From positions 1-64,000 of the IMG/VR virus record IMGVR_UViG_3300034072_002211: a stretch of 64,000 nt of DNA. One strand, written 5' to 3'. The notes below the pieces were generated by a model. It was not told where the DNA came from, made no database searches, and saw only the letters and a program-made list of their open reading frames with translations. This document shows positions 60,669-64,000 of this stretch, piece by piece (the first letter of the stretch is position 1; each line of letters begins with the position of its first letter). The position numbers and the translations under genes are program-made.

Positions 60669-63655
60669 AAGCTAAACAGGTCGTTGAAGGTAGTGTCCTC
60701 ACGGGTTGCCGAGAGATCCCACTTCAGAACACCAATGAGGTTATTGACCTTTTTGTCAATAATTGTGTCCTCCATGGTCTCATGGTCGAAAGGCAATTCC
60801 TTATACCAATTCGGCAAATGGGGCTCGTCAAACGGGTATGCGACACTGTCCATCTTCAGTGGGTTAGGCTTCAGCTTACAGACGATGACCTTCTGACCGT
60901 CGGTGATCTCCATGGAGTAGTGATCACCATACATCTGGCGCAAGGTATTCCAGTTCATTGCCGCGCGAACGTGACCAGGAACCATGACCTTCTCCTTGGG
61001 GCCAGCCTTCAGAACGTCCTTGGCATTGTTGCCAGCATTCAGTCGGTCATTGTAACCGGTGATACCGTTGACCTTCTTGGGAGTGCCCTTGAGCCAACCA
61101 TCAAGGTTGCGGAAGTCGGTGCGGAAGTCCTTGATCATCTTGATGATGTCATCCTTCTCGCCGCCGTCCAGCAGCTTGGTGATGATCTGCTCCAAGAACT
61201 CCTGCATCATCTTGGGTGTGTCAGCGCGCTTGAGGTCCAGACCGACAGCCTTGACCTTACCTGGCTTGCCGTTCACATCCAAGCGCACGTTGTCCTTGTC
61301 ATACATCAGAAGCGCATAACGCTTCTTGGTGATGAACAGACCACGGCTGGCAATCAGTTCTCGACCTGCCTTGATGATCGCACCACGTTCCAGACCAGTA
61401 TTGAACGCCATGTCCATGAATGGTGGGAAGCTATCATTGACCGCCTCGCCGATGCCATTGTAGAGCTCGACCATTGCGTCCCTGTCGTCTAGCATCGACT
61501 TCATCTCCGGATCAGCTTCCAGCATGTTGACTGCCGTGAAGTAAACCGAGTCAGTGTCATTGTAGAGGATCGCGTCACCACGCACGTCGTAGACGCCAGT
61601 GATGATCTCGTTGGTCTTGCTGCTCATGTGCTTGGTGATCGAACGACCCGAGAGGGTAACCGACTGACCAATACGCGCGTCGTAGAACCTGCAGCCCTCG
61701 TTCAGCAAAGCGCCGTAGAGCGAGTTTAGAAGGATCTTACGTGCCTGCTGACGCTGGTTCCAGAACACCATGTGGCTCTTGGCTTCCTTCAAACGAGGTT
61801 CCTCGATGAAGACCTTGTTGTCAGCAATCCTGATATCACCGTTCTGGCAAAGGAACCTTAGCTTGGCAGCATCCTTGGACTTGATGTAATCTGGCAGATC
61901 AGCAAATAAAGCTTCCTCGGCAACCGTGCGGTCAGCAAAGACCTCCAATGCCAAGTCTTCCTTGATTTCAAAGCCCTTACCAGAAGCCATGGCCTCACTG
62001 AACACAGTCTCCTTGAACTGCATTGCCTTACGCTGCGAATACCACTTGCTCAGCAGACCAGGGATAACAGCTTCCACATCAGTGCGGAAGATGGTTCCAT
62101 TTGCTGTGATGCAATAGGGATTGCCCTGGAGGAAGATGTATTCGTAGAGCTGCTCGCCCGTGACTTCGATGGAAGAACCTTCCTCAAAATCAACGATCAT
62201 CTTCTCCTGCGACTTGGTGATCACCAAGTCATATTCGAGAGTTGCGAAGAGACCTTCCCAACATTCTGGACCAGGAATGCCCTGCGCCAAGCGGCTGTCG
62301 ATGAGCGCATTTGTGCGGTCAAGACGGATCTGACCAATGAGCGTCTCAGGACCCATGTTGAGGGCGCGCAGAGCCGACGGATACAGGGAGTTAATGTCGC
62401 AGCACGCGATTTCCCTGTGGATACCAATCTTTGGCTTCGCAACGTAAGCACCAACAACCGGTCGCTTTCCGTCCGACTTGAATGGACGTGGGCCGTCATC
62501 TTCTTCGTTCCAATCGTCATCTTCGTCCATGTCGACTTCCCAGTCTGGACGCTTGCGATTTGGAACGCACATTCCGCGCGAGTGCGCTTCGTTGATGATC
62601 GACTGCTCAATCAGTGCCACCGAGCCCATGGTCGTTGGCAGCAACACGGTATTCGTGTGAGCAATCTGGTTGGCCAGTTCGATGAAACGCTTCTTCTGGT
62701 CAATCTTGTAGAGCAGCGCGGTGTCCTGGCGGTTGTATTCCAGGAACAGCTTGAAGTCCCTCTTGTAGAGGTTGTCCAGAGTGCCACTATAGGCGACCTT
62801 GTTCTCACCAACTTCAATCTCACCAACATAGTCAAGTCGGTAGCTGTGAAGTTCCTGAGGGTTATGCTTCCTGTAGAGCTCTAGGTAGTCCAAGTGGATA
62901 CGACCAACTAGCTCGTAAGTTTCCTGTTCTTTCTTGAACTGGACAAACTTCTTCTTCTTGGGACGCTGGTTCCAGAGGCACATCCTCTTGGTGTAGTCCT
63001 TACCCATGATCCGCTCGATGCGGTTCACGATGTAGGGAATATCGAAGCCCTTTGAGTTCCAGCCCGAGAGAACGTCACAGTCCTCAATCAAGTCCAGGAA
63101 CATGGTGAGCAGCTGAGTCTCATCATTACACAGGAAGGTGTTGGGCAGCTCGTTACAGATCTTGTCTGCCATTTCCCACGTGAGATGGTCCTTGTCGACC
63201 ACTGGCAAGTTGGGCTTGAGGCAGAGGGTGATCAGTTCATTGTCGTGGCTGCGGTGAACAGAGACCGCCGTGATCGCGCTGAAGGGATCATCGGGTCGCG
63301 CAAAGCCGCGCTGAGGGTCAAAGTCCACCTCAATGTCGAAGAAGCCAATATTCAGAACTGGCGACTCAACATCTTTGTAATTCTCTTCGAGACAGCGGAA
63401 GATCGGATTCACATCCGATTCAAAAATCCTGCGCCCGCTCTGAAGCTTGAGCTCCTGCTGGAACTTCTTCTTGGACGTAAAGGTGCTCTTGGACACGGGG
63501 CGACCCCACATATCCTTGTAGCGACCACCGCGAGGATCATCATAGTAGAAGGAATAGGTAGCAGGGATCGTGTTGTAGACCCTCTGCCCATTGATGCGTT
63601 CTACGATGAGAATCTCGTCCGTCTCCTGGTTGTGCATGGCATCAACGTAGGACAT
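60665..63655 (-). CDS. polB: Family B DNA polymerase (T4 gp43-like) with 3'-5' exonuclease
   Basis: FFDIEVD, GWNSKGFDIPY, YNRQD, DINSLYPS, KILLNSLYG, YNDTDS, KKRYA. Confidence 0.97.
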   Translation of the reverse strand: MSYVDAMHNQETDEILIVERINGQRVYNTIPATYSFYYDDPRGGRYKDMWGRPVSKSTFTSKKKFQQELKLQSGRRIFESDVNPIFRCLEENYKDVESPVLNIGFFDIEVDFDPQRGFARPDDPFSAITAVSVHRSHDNELITLCLKPNLPVVDKDHLTWEMADKICNELPNTFLCNDETQLLTMFLDLIEDCDVLSGWNSKGFDIPYIVNRIERIMGKDYTKRMCLWNQRPKKKKFVQFKKEQETYELVGRIHLDYLELYRKHNPQELHSYRLDYVGEIEVGENKVAYSGTLDNLYKRDFKLFLEYNRQDTALLYKIDQKKRFIELANQIAHTNTVLLPTTMGSVALIEQSIINEAHSRGMCVPNRKRPDWEVDMDEDDDWNEEDDGPRPFKSDGKRPVVGAYVAKPKIGIHREIACCDINSLYPSALRALNMGPETLIGQIRLDRTNALIDSRLAQGIPGPECWEGLFATLEYDLVITKSQEKMIVDFEEGSSIEVTGEQLYEYIFLQGNPYCITANGTIFRTDVEAVIPGLLSKWYSQRKAMQFKETVFSEAMASGKGFEIKEDLALEVFADRTVAEEALFADLPDYIKSKDAAKLRFLCQNGDIRIADNKVFIEEPRLKEAKSHMVFWNQRQQARKILLNSLYGALLNEGCRFYDARIGQSVTLSGRSITKHMSSKTNEIITGVYDVRGDAILYNDTDSVYFTAVNMLEADPEMKSMLDDRDAMVELYNGIGEAVNDSFPPFMDMAFNTGLERGAIIKAGRELIASRGLFITKKRYALLMYDKDNVRLDVNGKPGKVKAVGLDLKRADTPKMMQEFLEQIITKLLDGGEKDDIIKMIKDFRTDFRNLDGWLKGTPKKVNGITGYNDRLNAGNNAKDVLKAGPKEKVMVPGHVRAAMNWNTLRQMYGDHYSMEITDGQKVIVCKLKPNPLKMDSVAYPFDEPHLPNWYKELPFDHETMEDTIIDKKVNNLIGVLKWDLSATREDTTFNDLFSF

Positions 63656-63690
63656 CAGATTCTCCTTATCTTATGTTCTTGGGTGCGTAT

Positions 63691-63978
63691 TTACCTTAGC
63701 ACCAGGACGGTTAACCCTACAATATTCAGGATGGTATTGAAGCCCATAAGGACAAACATCCAGGATGCTTTCCTCATATAGGCACCAATCATGATCATCG
63801 CTGATCCAACGAGCCAGATGGAGTAGCAGAGAATCATGGGCGGCACGTTGGCCCAGATGCTCAAGATGGTCGTTGAAGTCACACTCAGAAGGGTGCCTAG
63901 GAATTCAAACCAGAACATTGTCCGGTTGTTCTCCCAGTCGTGCTTCCAGTGATTCCAAACGTCACGTAGAATATTCAT
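63691..63978 (-). CDS. Small membrane protein
   Basis: Three hydrophobic segments. Confidence 0.65.
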   Translation of the reverse strand: MNILRDVWNHWKHDWENNRTMFWFEFLGTLLSVTSTTILSIWANVPPMILCYSIWLVGSAMIMIGAYMRKASWMFVLMGFNTILNIVGLTVLVLR

Positions 63979-64000
63979 GAAGCACTCACAGGTATGGGGA

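Noticed and set aside
60665-63655. Intein or intron in the DNA polymerase
   Set aside because: Exonuclease and polymerase motifs are contiguous at normal spacing; no splicing motifs seen (only a modest insertion between motif A and B regions).
1-64000. Genome-wide reassignment of TAG (alternative genetic code)
   Set aside because: Long genes (3699-aa baseplate protein, polymerase, synthetases) have no in-frame TAG and standard-code ORFs tile the window; only local read-through is supported.

Overview
64 kb of a lytic, T4-related jumbo-type myophage genome. The host is probably an alphaproteobacterium (inferred from ClpP/CysRS sequences and promoter style). 1-16950 (+) is a late virion module: baseplate wedge proteins including a 3699-aa giant, two collagen-containing tail fibres and a fibre chaperone. 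17001-64000 (mostly -) is an early/middle region. It has family-B DNA polymerase, clamp, RNase H, ThyX, 7-deazaguanine pathway genes (folE, queD-like, queE), a glycosyltransferase, an MTase/REase-like pair, coaE-coaD, ClpP, an AAA+/VWA pair and a K+ channel. It also has a rich translation/tRNA toolkit: CysRS, editing-less mini-ValRS, anticodon-domain-less GlyRS-like enzyme, Pth2, Pnkp and RNA ligase 1. The best novel candidate is a conditional amber read-through system at about 25.2-29.3 kb. A canonical amber suppressor tRNA (anticodon CUA) appears co-transcribed with the truncated GlyRS-like synthetase, next to a Pth2 gene whose only good start is followed by an in-frame TAG at codon 8, and a promoter-proximal 7-codon uORF that also ends in TAG at codon 8. 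All protein family calls are from motif recognition by eye; no database searches were run.
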